From an uncultured Spirochaetota bacterium (GTDB taxonomy: Bacteria > Spirochaetota > UBA4802 > UBA5550): 64,000 nucleotides of DNA. Positions 40,745 to 50,347 of the stretch are shown piece by piece; the first letter of the stretch is position 1; each line of letters begins with the position of its first letter. Under the pieces are notes generated by a model. It worked only from the letters and a program-made list of their open reading frames with translations. It ran no database searches and was not told the origin of the DNA. Both the position numbers and the translations under genes were made by a program. The stretch spans positions 544,001 to 608,000 of the forward strand of contig CAWHAA010000004.1 of NCBI GenBank assembly GCA_963827275.1. The letters are read 5' to 3'.

Positions 40745-42424
40745 ATGAGCCGGCTAATGAAATTTGTTTTGGCGTTTATACTGGTGTCGTGCTTTTCCGT
40801 GTGCCTTTACGCGGGTGAAGCGGACCATGCGGTCAGGGTCAAGTCCCTGCAAGAGCGCACCTCCCTCGACGGGGTGTGGAAAATTCAGATCGGGGACGAC
40901 GCCAGGTATGCCGCCCCGGATCATGACGACCGTTCATGGGGGGAGGTCCGGCTGCCGGGAAGCGTCATGCCGCTGGTCAGCAAAAAGACCAGGGGAATAA
41001 AGGGCGTGCTGTGGCTCCGGAAGACCGTCTCTTTCGATCCGGGCCTTCCGGTGAAGGACCTCGGCCTTATCCTCGGGCGGATCGCACAGGCGGATGAAAC
41101 ATATTTTAACGGGGAACGAATCGGCGGCATGGGCAGTTTTCCGCCGAACGAGCACTCGATGTGGAACCATCCCCGCCATTACCTGATCCCGAAGGCCCAT
41201 ATCCGCTATGGCCGGCCGAATGTGATCGCGGTGCGGCTGTCCTATTACATCTACGGAGAAATGCTGGGCACGCTCGCGGTCACCAGCCTGGAAGACTGGA
41301 ATAGCGACAGGACGGTGATGAATGTAATATGGATCATTTTCTGCTATCTCGCCATTGCCATGGGCATCCCCCTTTTTATGATATTCTTTTTCTTTTATAT
41401 CAGGCGCCGCAACTCGCAGGAATATCTGTTTTATTTTCTCCAGCTGCTGTGCGGTCTTGTAATCCTTGTGGACCAGTGCACGTACTGGAACCTGTACGGG
41501 AGCATTTTAACACGCTTCCGGGTCCTCGGGTGGGCCTGGGTCGCGTTGAACGTTACGCACCCGATATTCCTTCACCGTATCTACGATTTAAAGAGAAAAA
41601 AAACGGAGATATTTTTATGGGTCGCCCTGGGAGTGGTGACGTTTATCGATATATTTTTTACGGATGAGCAATGGCTTCACTTCCACGGGCTGCTGCTGAT
41701 AGGAGCCACCACCCAGATCGGCTGGTACAACCTCTCCTGTCATATTTCAGCACTCGTTAAAAAGCGGCCCTACGCGAAGATATTCAGCTTTTTCGGAATT
41801 GCCGTGGTACTCGGCGCCATACATGACGGCTTTATATATTTTATCAAGTTCATGTTCCTCGACTCGGATATCCTCGGGCCGGGTTTCGAGAACATGCTTT
41901 TTCATATCACGGTGTTCCCATTGTACATGGGAACCACCCTGGTGCTGGTGAGCCGTTTTGTCAAGATGATGGACGAGGTGGAGGACCTCAATACCAGCCT
42001 TGAGACTTTCATCATTGAAAATGCCCTTTTAAACGAACAGCTCAAGGAGACGAGTGAAACCAGGAAGAAAGGCCTTTACCCGTCAATGAACGGGAAGGGG
42101 GAAGAGAAGATCCAGCGGGTGGTTGATTACATCAATAAAAATTACACCTTCGACCTCTCCCGCGAAGGGCTGGCCGCGACTGTTGACGTGCATCCGGACA
42201 ACCTCGGAAAGTTGTTCAAGATCTTTACCAACAAGAAAATGGGCGATTATATCAATGAGCTCCGGGTCAAGGACGCGGCACGGAGACTCGCCCAGACCGA
42301 TGAAAATATCATAGATATCGCGTTCTCGGTCGGTTTTGACAGCCTGAGGACCTTTAACAGGGTATTCCCGAAATTCATGAAGGTTACCCCTGAAAAATAC
42401 AGAAAAATAATACGGAAGGTGTAA
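40745..42424 (+). CDS. Membrane-spanning one-component regulator: sugar-binding-like jelly-roll, about 7 TM helices, AraC HTH
   Basis: LDGVWK..GDD, DETYFNGERIG, NVIAVRL; hydrophobic block; IIDIAFSVGFDSLRTFNRVF..TPEKYR. Confidence 0.82.
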   Translation: MSRLMKFVLAFILVSCFSVCLYAGEADHAVRVKSLQERTSLDGVWKIQIGDDARYAAPDHDDRSWGEVRLPGSVMPLVSKKTRGIKGVLWLRKTVSFDPGLPVKDLGLILGRIAQADETYFNGERIGGMGSFPPNEHSMWNHPRHYLIPKAHIRYGRPNVIAVRLSYYIYGEMLGTLAVTSLEDWNSDRTVMNVIWIIFCYLAIAMGIPLFMIFFFFYIRRRNSQEYLFYFLQLLCGLVILVDQCTYWNLYGSILTRFRVLGWAWVALNVTHPIFLHRIYDLKRKKTEIFLWVALGVVTFIDIFFTDEQWLHFHGLLLIGATTQIGWYNLSCHISALVKKRPYAKIFSFFGIAVVLGAIHDGFIYFIKFMFLDSDILGPGFENMLFHITVFPLYMGTTLVLVSRFVKMMDEVEDLNTSLETFIIENALLNEQLKETSETRKKGLYPSMNGKGEEKIQRVVDYINKNYTFDLSREGLAATVDVHPDNLGKLFKIFTNKKMGDYINELRVKDAARRLAQTDENIIDIAFSVGFDSLRTFNRVFPKFMKVTPEKYRKIIRKV

Positions 42425-42745
42425 TCCTCCGATACTACAGCGCCGAAGGATCCATGAATCCCGGAATGATTGTTGCCGGCAGGATAAGATTATCTCCGCC
42501 CAGTTTTTAAATCATGCCATTTGGTATGTAGCTGGTGCCAAATTCTGGCGTACCCGTTTTTGGCATTATGTCCCACGTTTTTCTATGTTACGTTATTTAT
42601 GTCATTTCCAGATGCACCCGCTATTGGCGAGACAATAAAACATGCAGTATGGTATATATTTTACATACCGTCTGGCTGGTTTGTGTTATTTCGTGCGGTA
42701 AAAAAGGTTCCAGCGTATGCTATCTTGTATTTTAAGGAGGGATTC

Positions 42746-43690
42746 ATGAAAAAGCTTATCGCATTTGTTATCGGTCTGACTGTCATGGCTGGTACTCTTC
42801 CGGTGCTTGCAGTAGGGGATACCTCTCCATGTAAAACAAAATACGCAATCGTCCTTGTCCATGGTGCGTTTTTCAAAGATGAAAACATGCTGGGGATCAA
42901 TTACTGGTGGGGAATTCCTGACGCCCTCGAAGATGAAGGCGCCACGGTGTATGTGACAAACCAGGACACCTTTAACGGGGTCGCTGAACGCGCGGCCGAG
43001 GTCGCCAATGAGCTGGGGCAGCTGTTCGCCCTCAACCCGACCTGGAAAAAGGTCAATCTCATCGCCCATTCACAGGGCCCGCTCGACTGCAGGTACCTGG
43101 TCTCCAACCTGAGCATCCCGGGGAAGGGCGCGGCGAAGAACTACGTGGCCTCAATAACGAGCATCAGCGGCACACACCGCGGATCAGAGGTGGCTGACGC
43201 CCTGTGGGCGCTCTATACCGGCATTCCCTACCTGGGGCCCGCGGTGGGCGATCTCATCGGCGCAGCGGTCGACGCTTTTGCCAGCGTGTTTTATTATAAT
43301 GAAGAAGACCAGAACTGCATGAAGCTCCTGTATCAGCTGACATCGAATTACGTCAAGAATACGTTCAACCCCGCAACGCCGAACGTAACGAGCCCTGCCA
43401 TATACTATCAATCGTGGGCAGGGAAGGTGAAATATATCGGGCTGCATGCGGATGATCTCATCGTCGGGCCGCTCTGGGCTCTCATGGTTGCAATGGGCGC
43501 GGGCCAGAACGACTGCCTGGTATCGGTGGAAAGCGCCAAGTGGGGCACCTTCAGGGGCGTACTTGACAGCACTGCTGACGGGGTAAATCACTTCAACGAA
43601 ATAAACCACTTCTTTGGCCTTACCCCCGGTTGGGACGCCAAGGATTTTTATATCGATGTGGTGAAAGAGTTAAAGAAAAAAGGCTATTGA
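42746..43690 (+). CDS. Secreted family I triacylglycerol lipase-like alpha/beta hydrolase
   Basis: TKYAIVLVHG, VNLIAHSQG, HRGSEVAD, NDCLVS..SAKWG, NHFNEIN; AAGGAGG RBS. Confidence 0.9.
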   Translation: MKKLIAFVIGLTVMAGTLPVLAVGDTSPCKTKYAIVLVHGAFFKDENMLGINYWWGIPDALEDEGATVYVTNQDTFNGVAERAAEVANELGQLFALNPTWKKVNLIAHSQGPLDCRYLVSNLSIPGKGAAKNYVASITSISGTHRGSEVADALWALYTGIPYLGPAVGDLIGAAVDAFASVFYYNEEDQNCMKLLYQLTSNYVKNTFNPATPNVTSPAIYYQSWAGKVKYIGLHADDLIVGPLWALMVAMGAGQNDCLVSVESAKWGTFRGVLDSTADGVNHFNEINHFFGLTPGWDAKDFYIDVVKELKKKGY

Positions 43691-43734
43691 TGCGCGTCGC
43701 ATAGCAGGCGTCCCGGACCTGACCGGGACGTAAA

Positions 43735-43775
43735 CAAACAAGAAGGGAAACCGTCACGGTTTCCCTTCTTGTTTG
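43735..43775. terminator. Perfect 20-bp inverted repeat between convergent genes; probable bidirectional terminator
   Basis: CAAACAAGAAGGGAAACCGT-C-ACGGTTTCCCTTCTTGTTTG. Confidence 0.75.
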
Positions 43776-43868
43776 AGTTCCCCCTCCCGCACGTACCCGC
43801 ATTGGTCATGATCGGGCGTATGTGAAGTATGCCCCTCCGGGTCATTATGAAAATATCAGTAGTGGCAA

Positions 43869-44138
43869 TCAGGCAGAAAAATAATCTTCCATGCCGAGCA
43901 TGGTGAATGTCTTTTCAACATGGGGTGAGACGAGAAAGGCGTATGCTATCCCGTGTTTTTTCAATTGTTCTTTGGTATATATCAGGAACCCTATGAAGGA
44001 TGAATTGATATCAACAGTGTCAGTCATATCAAAGACGATCTCTTTGTGCTTTTTGATTTTGATGAACAATTGCAGGTATTCAGGTACGTCAAAGATCTTG
44101 ATAATCTCGGGGAATCTCCATATATAGCGCTTCTTCAT
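43869..44138 (-). CDS. STAS domain protein
   Basis: IVFDMTDTVDINSSFIGFL, VEKTFTMLG; GGAGG RBS. Confidence 0.7.
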   Translation of the reverse strand: MKKRYIWRFPEIIKIFDVPEYLQLFIKIKKHKEIVFDMTDTVDINSSFIGFLIYTKEQLKKHGIAYAFLVSPHVEKTFTMLGMEDYFSA

Positions 44139-44558
44139 CAATCCTCCCTTTACAGCGATTCGGCCTATTCATATGGCGGCCATGAAACAGCGAAATGTCG
44201 CAATTAACAATATTTGTAAATATGCATGAAATTTGCCCATTTGTCTGGCACGTATCTGGCCTATCAAGAAAGCGCCATACTGCCGCCGGTTTGACCAGCC
44301 ACTATCTTATGAATTATACGATGGATAATATTAGGTACATCAGACATATGCCAGACAAATCTCGCAGAATATACGATATTAAATTAAGAATACCGTCTGG
44401 ACGGTAAATAAAAAATCCGTGCCAGCCTGTTTAAGTGACCTGCTCGAAGGATTTATAACATTAGTGTTGCAAGATGGCGGGAATTAGGCGGGCGCACATG
44501 AGCAGTAATGTCATGGGTGCCCGCCATTCTTTTTTATAATACCTATCATTTATACCAC

Positions 44559-44570
44559 TACTCTGACCCC
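44559..44570 (+). repeat. Motif cluster 2: isolated TACTCTGACCCC
   Basis: Exact match to the motif at 45813-45824, 51828-51839 and 52021-52032. Confidence 0.6.
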
Positions 44571-44752
44571 CCTTTCTGTTGCGGCGCATGCCCTGCGGCC
44601 CTTTGCTTCAAGGGCCTCGATTTTATCCCGATGCACGGGTCCGGCAGGAAAAAGTGGTTGCTGGGACATGGGCAAGACGATAGGGAATAGATTCATGCAT
44701 TCCTGGCGGCGAATGGAGTGTCTATGATCATGGGCGCCAGAGGGGGGTTGCT

Positions 44753-45136
44753 ATGGGAAAAAAGGGAATTATGTTGTGCGTCATGCTCTGTTTCTGCGCT
44801 AACGCTGCATGCGCTACCGGAAGCGGTATTGCAATCGTTCACAATGCCGGTGAATTGATAGGGCGGGAAGGGACACACGTCGTCATCGAAGGCAAGGTGG
44901 CGCAGGAGATATGGCAGCACATGATGGCGCCGACCAGCTCCAATCCGCATGAGACCTATTTTGACATGGGGAGGGGCCAGATCGTCATCTACACAAAGTC
45001 CCCGGTGGAATGTACCGGAACGGTCCGGGCCGCTGGAATGGTTGTCAAGATAGAGGGCGCATCCAAGAACCCGCGTCGCAAGGAAACCTGCACCGAGTAT
45101 CATGTCAGGGCCGATTCGTGGGAATGCTTCCGGTAA
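44753..45136 (+). CDS. Small exported or lipoprotein hypothetical protein, possibly OB-fold
   Basis: Signal-like Cys-rich N-terminus; beta-rich VVIEGKV, VRAAGMV. Confidence 0.6.
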   Translation: MGKKGIMLCVMLCFCANAACATGSGIAIVHNAGELIGREGTHVVIEGKVAQEIWQHMMAPTSSNPHETYFDMGRGQIVIYTKSPVECTGTVRAAGMVVKIEGASKNPRRKETCTEYHVRADSWECFR

Positions 45137-45163
45137 TTGCGCCGCGGGGCCGGTAGCGGGAGA

Positions 45164-45706
45164 TTATTTCCCTCGTGCCCGTGAGGCCCGGAGCGCAAGC
45201 TGAACGGCAAGGGCTATAATGATCAGAATTGATGCCAGTGCGATCAGCCATTTTAAAAGTGATGTAAGCCCGGCAGCTATTACCAGTGTGTCTGTGAGGT
45301 TGAAGCGCCGGTCGATAATTTCTATCTCAAGGAAATTTTCCGCACAATCGAAAAAGGCCGCCACAAAGGGAAGGTAGACATATTTTGGCACGGCCGTGCT
45401 GTCTTGATAGCGCGACAGTTTTGTTTTAACAAAGAGCATCGTAAAAAAAAGGAACGCGCCGTACCAGAGCGGATGAAAAAAATCCAGATAAAAATGTTTT
45501 TTAAACGTTTCTATTCCCCCGTCCCCCCATGAATTCAATAGTGCGGCCATGCTTTCCCTGTTGAAGGTCAGCTGAAATGATATAACACTATCACTGCCGA
45601 TGGGAGAGAGGATCGACGTGATGGCCAGTTGTGAAAATATATATATAACACCGCTGATGATCATGGCATAAAATATTTTTCGCTCGGTGATCCGGATTTG
45701 TATCAT
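45164..45706 (-). CDS. Hypothetical membrane protein
   Basis: Four hydrophobic segments; LDFFHPLWY, FDCAEN, LLKW. Confidence 0.75.
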   Translation of the reverse strand: MIQIRITERKIFYAMIISGVIYIFSQLAITSILSPIGSDSVISFQLTFNRESMAALLNSWGDGGIETFKKHFYLDFFHPLWYGAFLFFTMLFVKTKLSRYQDSTAVPKYVYLPFVAAFFDCAENFLEIEIIDRRFNLTDTLVIAAGLTSLLKWLIALASILIIIALAVQLALRASRARGK

Positions 45707-45788
45707 GATGATGATTCCTCCTGATGAAATTCTATGTTGCTACGGTTTGACGGGATTGTCAACACAATAGAACATCATCATTGCCGGT

Positions 45789-45847
45789 ACCGATAACTAT
45801 CTGTCCGGGAATTACTCTGACCCCCGAATTCACCGATAACTATCGGT
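45789..45847 (+). repeat. Motif cluster 3: ACCGATAACTATC-N10-TTACTCTGACCCC-N7-ACCGATAACTATCGGT, 43-bp period
   Basis: Read directly; same period as cluster 1. Confidence 0.85.
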
Positions 45848-46100
45848 AAATTGCGCTATTTCCTGACATGAACAAACCTTAAATGAAAATGAAAAGCATA
45901 TAAACTGGACAAATAAAATATATTGAACATTATTTAAAAGTACTCCAGCATGGGGGAACAGCATTTATACTTGTTTGAGTATTAATTATTGACACATTGT
46001 ATCTATTTTGGTATACATTATACATGGTTATGGGTTACCACATTTACTGTTGCACCCGGAATCATCCCGATTGCTACCCTCATTTAACTGAAGCAGGGTA

Positions 46101-48806
46101 GTGCAAAGCTTGAATATTTCATTCCCCATCATAAGCCTTATAATGCTTATTGCGACTGTATGTGCGCTCATACTCGCCCTGTATGCGTTCAGACATCGCA
46201 AGCTTTCTTCCGTCAGCATACCCTTTGGCTTCCTCATGGTTGCGATAGGTGTGTGGGCCTTTGGAGCTGCACTTGAAGCCGCAGTGGGAAATTTCAGCTA
46301 TAAAATAGTCTCCGCGAAGATTCAATATCCGGGAATTGTCGGTGTCCCCCTCCTCTGGTTCCTGGTGGCCATGGAATACAGCCACACGGTGAAGTGGATC
46401 ACCCGACGGCGGATTGTGATACTCTGGATCGTGCCCGGGATCACTGCACTGGCCGCCGTTACGAATGAGTTTCACTATCTCCTCTGGAGCGATATTTTCC
46501 CCGGTCCAGCGGTATCAGCAATGATAAGCAACGGGCCGATTCCTGTCTACGGGCACGGGATCCTGTTCTGGGTCTACTTTGCGTACAGTTATATATTGCT
46601 GCTTATCGCAACCTGTTTCATGATCAGGACGGCGCTCCGTTCCCGTGATCTGTATCGTTCCCAGGCGGCGGCGATGGTCACCGGCGTTGCCCTTCCCTGG
46701 ATCGGTAATATGGTGTATATCCTGGGCCTCTCTCCCGTCCAGGGCCTGGACCTGACGCCGATCGCGTTCCTGTTTTCCGGCATGGCCGTGGCATGGGCGG
46801 TACTCCGTTACCGTCTTCTGGACATCGTGCCGGTGGCGTGCGATGTGCTGATCAAGAACATGGCCGATCCGGTCATGGTGATTGACGCGAGGAACCGGAT
46901 CGCCGAGGTCAACCCGGCGGGCTGCTCGCTTCTCGGTACTGTCGTTGAATCGGCAATGGTCGGAGAGACCCTCGAAAACGTCCTGTCGTTCAGGCCATGG
47001 CTCAGGCTTACCCTGCCCGCAGACATGGACGCGGTGTCGCAGTCCGTGGTGCGCACCGACATGGACGCGCACGGCACGTACGACATGAGGGTCACCCCGC
47101 TGCGCGACAGCCATGGACGGCTGGTCGGTCGCCTTATCGTCCTCCATGACATCACCAAGCAGAAGCAGATAGAGGAGGAGATCCGGGCGTTGAACCTGAC
47201 GCTCGAGGACCGGGTCAAGCAGCGGACGGACATGCTCGAGCGCGAGATCGCCGAGCACCGGCAGGCGCGCGAGGACCTCCTGAAGAGCGAGGAGAAGTAC
47301 CGGGTCCTGGTTGAGGACATCAATGATATTATTTTCATGGCAGATACCCTCGGTTATTTTACTTACATAAATCCCGTGGTCGAGCAGATAGCCGGGTATC
47401 ATCCCGATGAAGTGATCGGGAGGCACTTCACTGATTTTGCCCACCCGGAGGAGCTGGTGCCGCTCGGGTCCGTGTTCACACGGGTCATGTCGGGCAAAAA
47501 CGTCCTGTACGAACTGTGCGCGATCGATAAAAAAGGGAACGTGCTGCACCTGCGGACGTCATGCAGGCCGATTACCGAGGAGGGCCGTATTGTCGGCCTG
47601 GTCGGCACCATGATCGATATCACGGAGAGGCGGAAAGCGGAAGAGGAGCGCCGGCGGCTTGAGCTGCAGCTCCAGCATACCCAGAAGCTCGAAAGCCTGG
47701 GGGTACTGGCGGGCGGGATCGCCCATGATTTCAACAACATACTCACCGGGATCCTCGGAAACGCGGACCTGGCGCTCATGAAGCTCACCCCTGAATCGCC
47801 CGTGTGGATGAACATCAAGGACATCTTGCAGGGATCATACAACGCGTCCGAGCTCTGCCGGCAGATGCTCGCCTATTCCGGAAAGGGCAGGTTCGAGCTC
47901 AGGCCGATCGATATCCGCGAGTCGGTGCGCGAGATCGTCCACCTGCTGGAGGCCTCGATATCGAAAAATGTAGCACTGCGTATCGAATTCCCCGATCATC
48001 TTCCCGCGATTTACGGTGACGCAGTGCAGGTGCGCCAGGTAATCATGAACCTTGTAATGAACGCGTCCGAGGCCATCGGCGAGGAGCCGGGAGCCATCAT
48101 CCTGTCCGCCGGGACCGAACACTGTACGCGCGGGTTTCTCGCCGCGACCTATCTCGATGACAATCTGGCTGAAGGAGATTATGTGTTCCTCGAAGTGAGC
48201 GATACCGGCTGCGGCATGGATGAGACTACCAGGACGCGTATGTTCGAGCCTTTTTTCACAACGAAATTCACCGGCAGGGGCCTGGGGCTCGCCGCGGTCC
48301 TTGGCATCGTGCGAGGGCACCGCGGTGCGATAAAGATCAGCAGCGAACCGGGGAAGGGCTCGGTATTCAGGGTGGTCTTCCCGGTATCCGACCTCGCGCA
48401 TGCACCGGCCGGGGTCAGGCAGGACCGGGAAGGGCACTGGCGCGGGAACGGGACCCTTCTCCTGGTTGACGACGAGGATTCTGTCCTCTCGGTGGGGAGG
48501 CGCATGCTCGAGGAGCTCGGGTTCAGGGTGCTCACCGCTTCGAACGGGCGTGAGGCGGTCAATGTGTTCACCGAAGAAAAAGGATCTATACAATGCGTGA
48601 TTCTTGACCTGACAATGCCGCAGATGAACGGCGTTGAGACGTTCCGGGAGCTGAAACGCATCATGCCCGATGCATGCGTGGTCATTTCAAGCGGCTACAG
48701 TGAGAATGAAATATCCGAACGATTTACCGGGCATCGTATCTCGGGGTACGTGCAGAAGCCCTACCGGCTCAAGGATCTCGCCGCCATTCTCAAGGAGCTT
48801 GTCTGA
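46101..48806 (+). CDS. Hybrid sensor histidine kinase (N-terminal 7TM, two PAS, HisKA/HATPase, receiver)
   Basis: AGGIAHDFNN, NLVMNASEA, SDTGCGM, EPFFTTK..GRGLGL, LLVDDE, LDLTMP. Confidence 0.92.
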   Translation: MQSLNISFPIISLIMLIATVCALILALYAFRHRKLSSVSIPFGFLMVAIGVWAFGAALEAAVGNFSYKIVSAKIQYPGIVGVPLLWFLVAMEYSHTVKWITRRRIVILWIVPGITALAAVTNEFHYLLWSDIFPGPAVSAMISNGPIPVYGHGILFWVYFAYSYILLLIATCFMIRTALRSRDLYRSQAAAMVTGVALPWIGNMVYILGLSPVQGLDLTPIAFLFSGMAVAWAVLRYRLLDIVPVACDVLIKNMADPVMVIDARNRIAEVNPAGCSLLGTVVESAMVGETLENVLSFRPWLRLTLPADMDAVSQSVVRTDMDAHGTYDMRVTPLRDSHGRLVGRLIVLHDITKQKQIEEEIRALNLTLEDRVKQRTDMLEREIAEHRQAREDLLKSEEKYRVLVEDINDIIFMADTLGYFTYINPVVEQIAGYHPDEVIGRHFTDFAHPEELVPLGSVFTRVMSGKNVLYELCAIDKKGNVLHLRTSCRPITEEGRIVGLVGTMIDITERRKAEEERRRLELQLQHTQKLESLGVLAGGIAHDFNNILTGILGNADLALMKLTPESPVWMNIKDILQGSYNASELCRQMLAYSGKGRFELRPIDIRESVREIVHLLEASISKNVALRIEFPDHLPAIYGDAVQVRQVIMNLVMNASEAIGEEPGAIILSAGTEHCTRGFLAATYLDDNLAEGDYVFLEVSDTGCGMDETTRTRMFEPFFTTKFTGRGLGLAAVLGIVRGHRGAIKISSEPGKGSVFRVVFPVSDLAHAPAGVRQDREGHWRGNGTLLLVDDEDSVLSVGRRMLEELGFRVLTASNGREAVNVFTEEKGSIQCVILDLTMPQMNGVETFRELKRIMPDACVVISSGYSENEISERFTGHRISGYVQKPYRLKDLAAILKELV

Positions 48807-49403
48807 TTATGGTCTTGTGGCCGTCGTCGGCGCGCCGGCCCTTCCCGACGGTCCGGCATCTCCTGCACGGTCCGACCTGTGTACTGACGGGGGCTCTCCC
48901 TTCTCGATCTCGGCCCACCCGCGCGCGATGATCGACGCGGCCATCGCGGAGCGCCATATCTCCGATTTGTCCGGGTATTTCAGCCTGAGCATGGCTGATA
49001 GCACCATGATCTCCATGAGCCGCAGGGTGTGGTTCCGTCCGGCGATTGTGAACTCGAGCACGGTGTCGTACCGCCGTTTCATCGGTATGATGAACGAGGT
49101 GCCCAGGTCCCAATCCAGTTCGCACACCTCCACGATATTGCTGGTCGGATTTCTGTTAACTTTCACCGCGCCGCGCGAGAAGATGAGCTTCCTCCCGCGG
49201 AGTCCGAGCTTCAGGACAGCGCGGTAGATGAAATCGATCAGTCCGAGCGGCACCCCCTGCGTGAAGTAACAGGCCCCTTTTACCCGGATGAGGCGCTTCA
49301 CTTTTTTCACCACGCGTTTTCTCTCAAGCTGCGGGACGAGGATGTATCGCTCGGTATCATCGATCCATGTGATGGAAACAGTTTTTGAATTGCGTTTCTT
49401 CAT
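48807..49403 (-). CDS. Hypothetical basic protein
   Basis: 198-aa ORF filling the gap between genes; no family recognised. Confidence 0.6.
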   Translation of the reverse strand: MKKRNSKTVSITWIDDTERYILVPQLERKRVVKKVKRLIRVKGACYFTQGVPLGLIDFIYRAVLKLGLRGRKLIFSRGAVKVNRNPTSNIVEVCELDWDLGTSFIIPMKRRYDTVLEFTIAGRNHTLRLMEIMVLSAMLRLKYPDKSEIWRSAMAASIIARGWAEIEKGEPPSVHRSDRAGDAGPSGRAGAPTTATRP

Positions 49404-49540
49404 ACTTTTGTTGTCGCGGAGGTGCGTGGCGCGTCATCACCCTTGCGGTCTTTATCAGGGTGCCGAGTAAAGGTAAAAGAAGCAATAAAAAAATACTTCC
49501 CAAAAATCTTTTCGTGCCATTAATTGAGCATGGAAAGACC

Positions 49541-50164
49541 ATGGACCCATCATTCCTCAAATTTCTGGCGACAGCCGCGTTCATATCGCTCTCCGGTGTA
49601 ATGGCGCCGGGCCCGCTCCTGGCTATGACAGTGGGAAAAGGGAGCGAATCACCGCATGCCGGCGTACTTATCGCGCTGGGCCACGCCGTGGTGGAATTCC
49701 CGCTCATGACCGCGATCTTCCTCGGGTTTGGCTGCCTGTTCAGCCTCCCCTATGTCAGGGAATCAATCGGTATGGCGGGCGGCCTGATCCTGCTGGTGAT
49801 GGCGGTCGGCATGTTCAGGAGCATCAATGGCGATGTGGCCGCCGGCCGGCTGGATCGACGATCGCCGATGATGACGGGTATGGTGCTGTCTGCGGCAAAC
49901 CCTTATTTCCTGGTCTGGTGGGCGACCGTGGGAGCGACCCTGGTGATGCAGGCAGCCGGCTTCGGTACCGCGGGGCTGGTGATTTTCATGATTGTGCACT
50001 GGCTCTGCGACCTGGGCTGGACCTGGTTCATGTCCGCACTCTCCTATCGGGGCGGCCGGTTTTTCGGGAAGAACTATCAGAAAGCGGTGTTCGGCGCCAG
50101 CGGAGCGCTTCTCGTCGTCTTCGGCGGGAAATTCATATATGATGCGGCCGTGACGCTGTTTTGA
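49541..50164 (+). CDS. LysE-family translocator
   Basis: SLSGVMAPGP, LGHAVVE, NPYFLVWWATVG. Confidence 0.88.
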   Translation: MDPSFLKFLATAAFISLSGVMAPGPLLAMTVGKGSESPHAGVLIALGHAVVEFPLMTAIFLGFGCLFSLPYVRESIGMAGGLILLVMAVGMFRSINGDVAAGRLDRRSPMMTGMVLSAANPYFLVWWATVGATLVMQAAGFGTAGLVIFMIVHWLCDLGWTWFMSALSYRGGRFFGKNYQKAVFGASGALLVVFGGKFIYDAAVTLF

Positions 50165-50347
50165 ATGTCACCGATCTCCTTTGCCGGATATCGGTCGGGC
50201 CGCGGGTTTTCCCCGCGCGGAGCCTGAAGGGCCTTTCTCGCGTTTAAAAGTCGTCCATCAGGCAACGGAAACTTCCTGTTTTTCCGCAAAGATCTAATTT
50301 TTCTTGCATAATTTATACACTCTTCTAAAAATAGCTCCTTAAATGCC

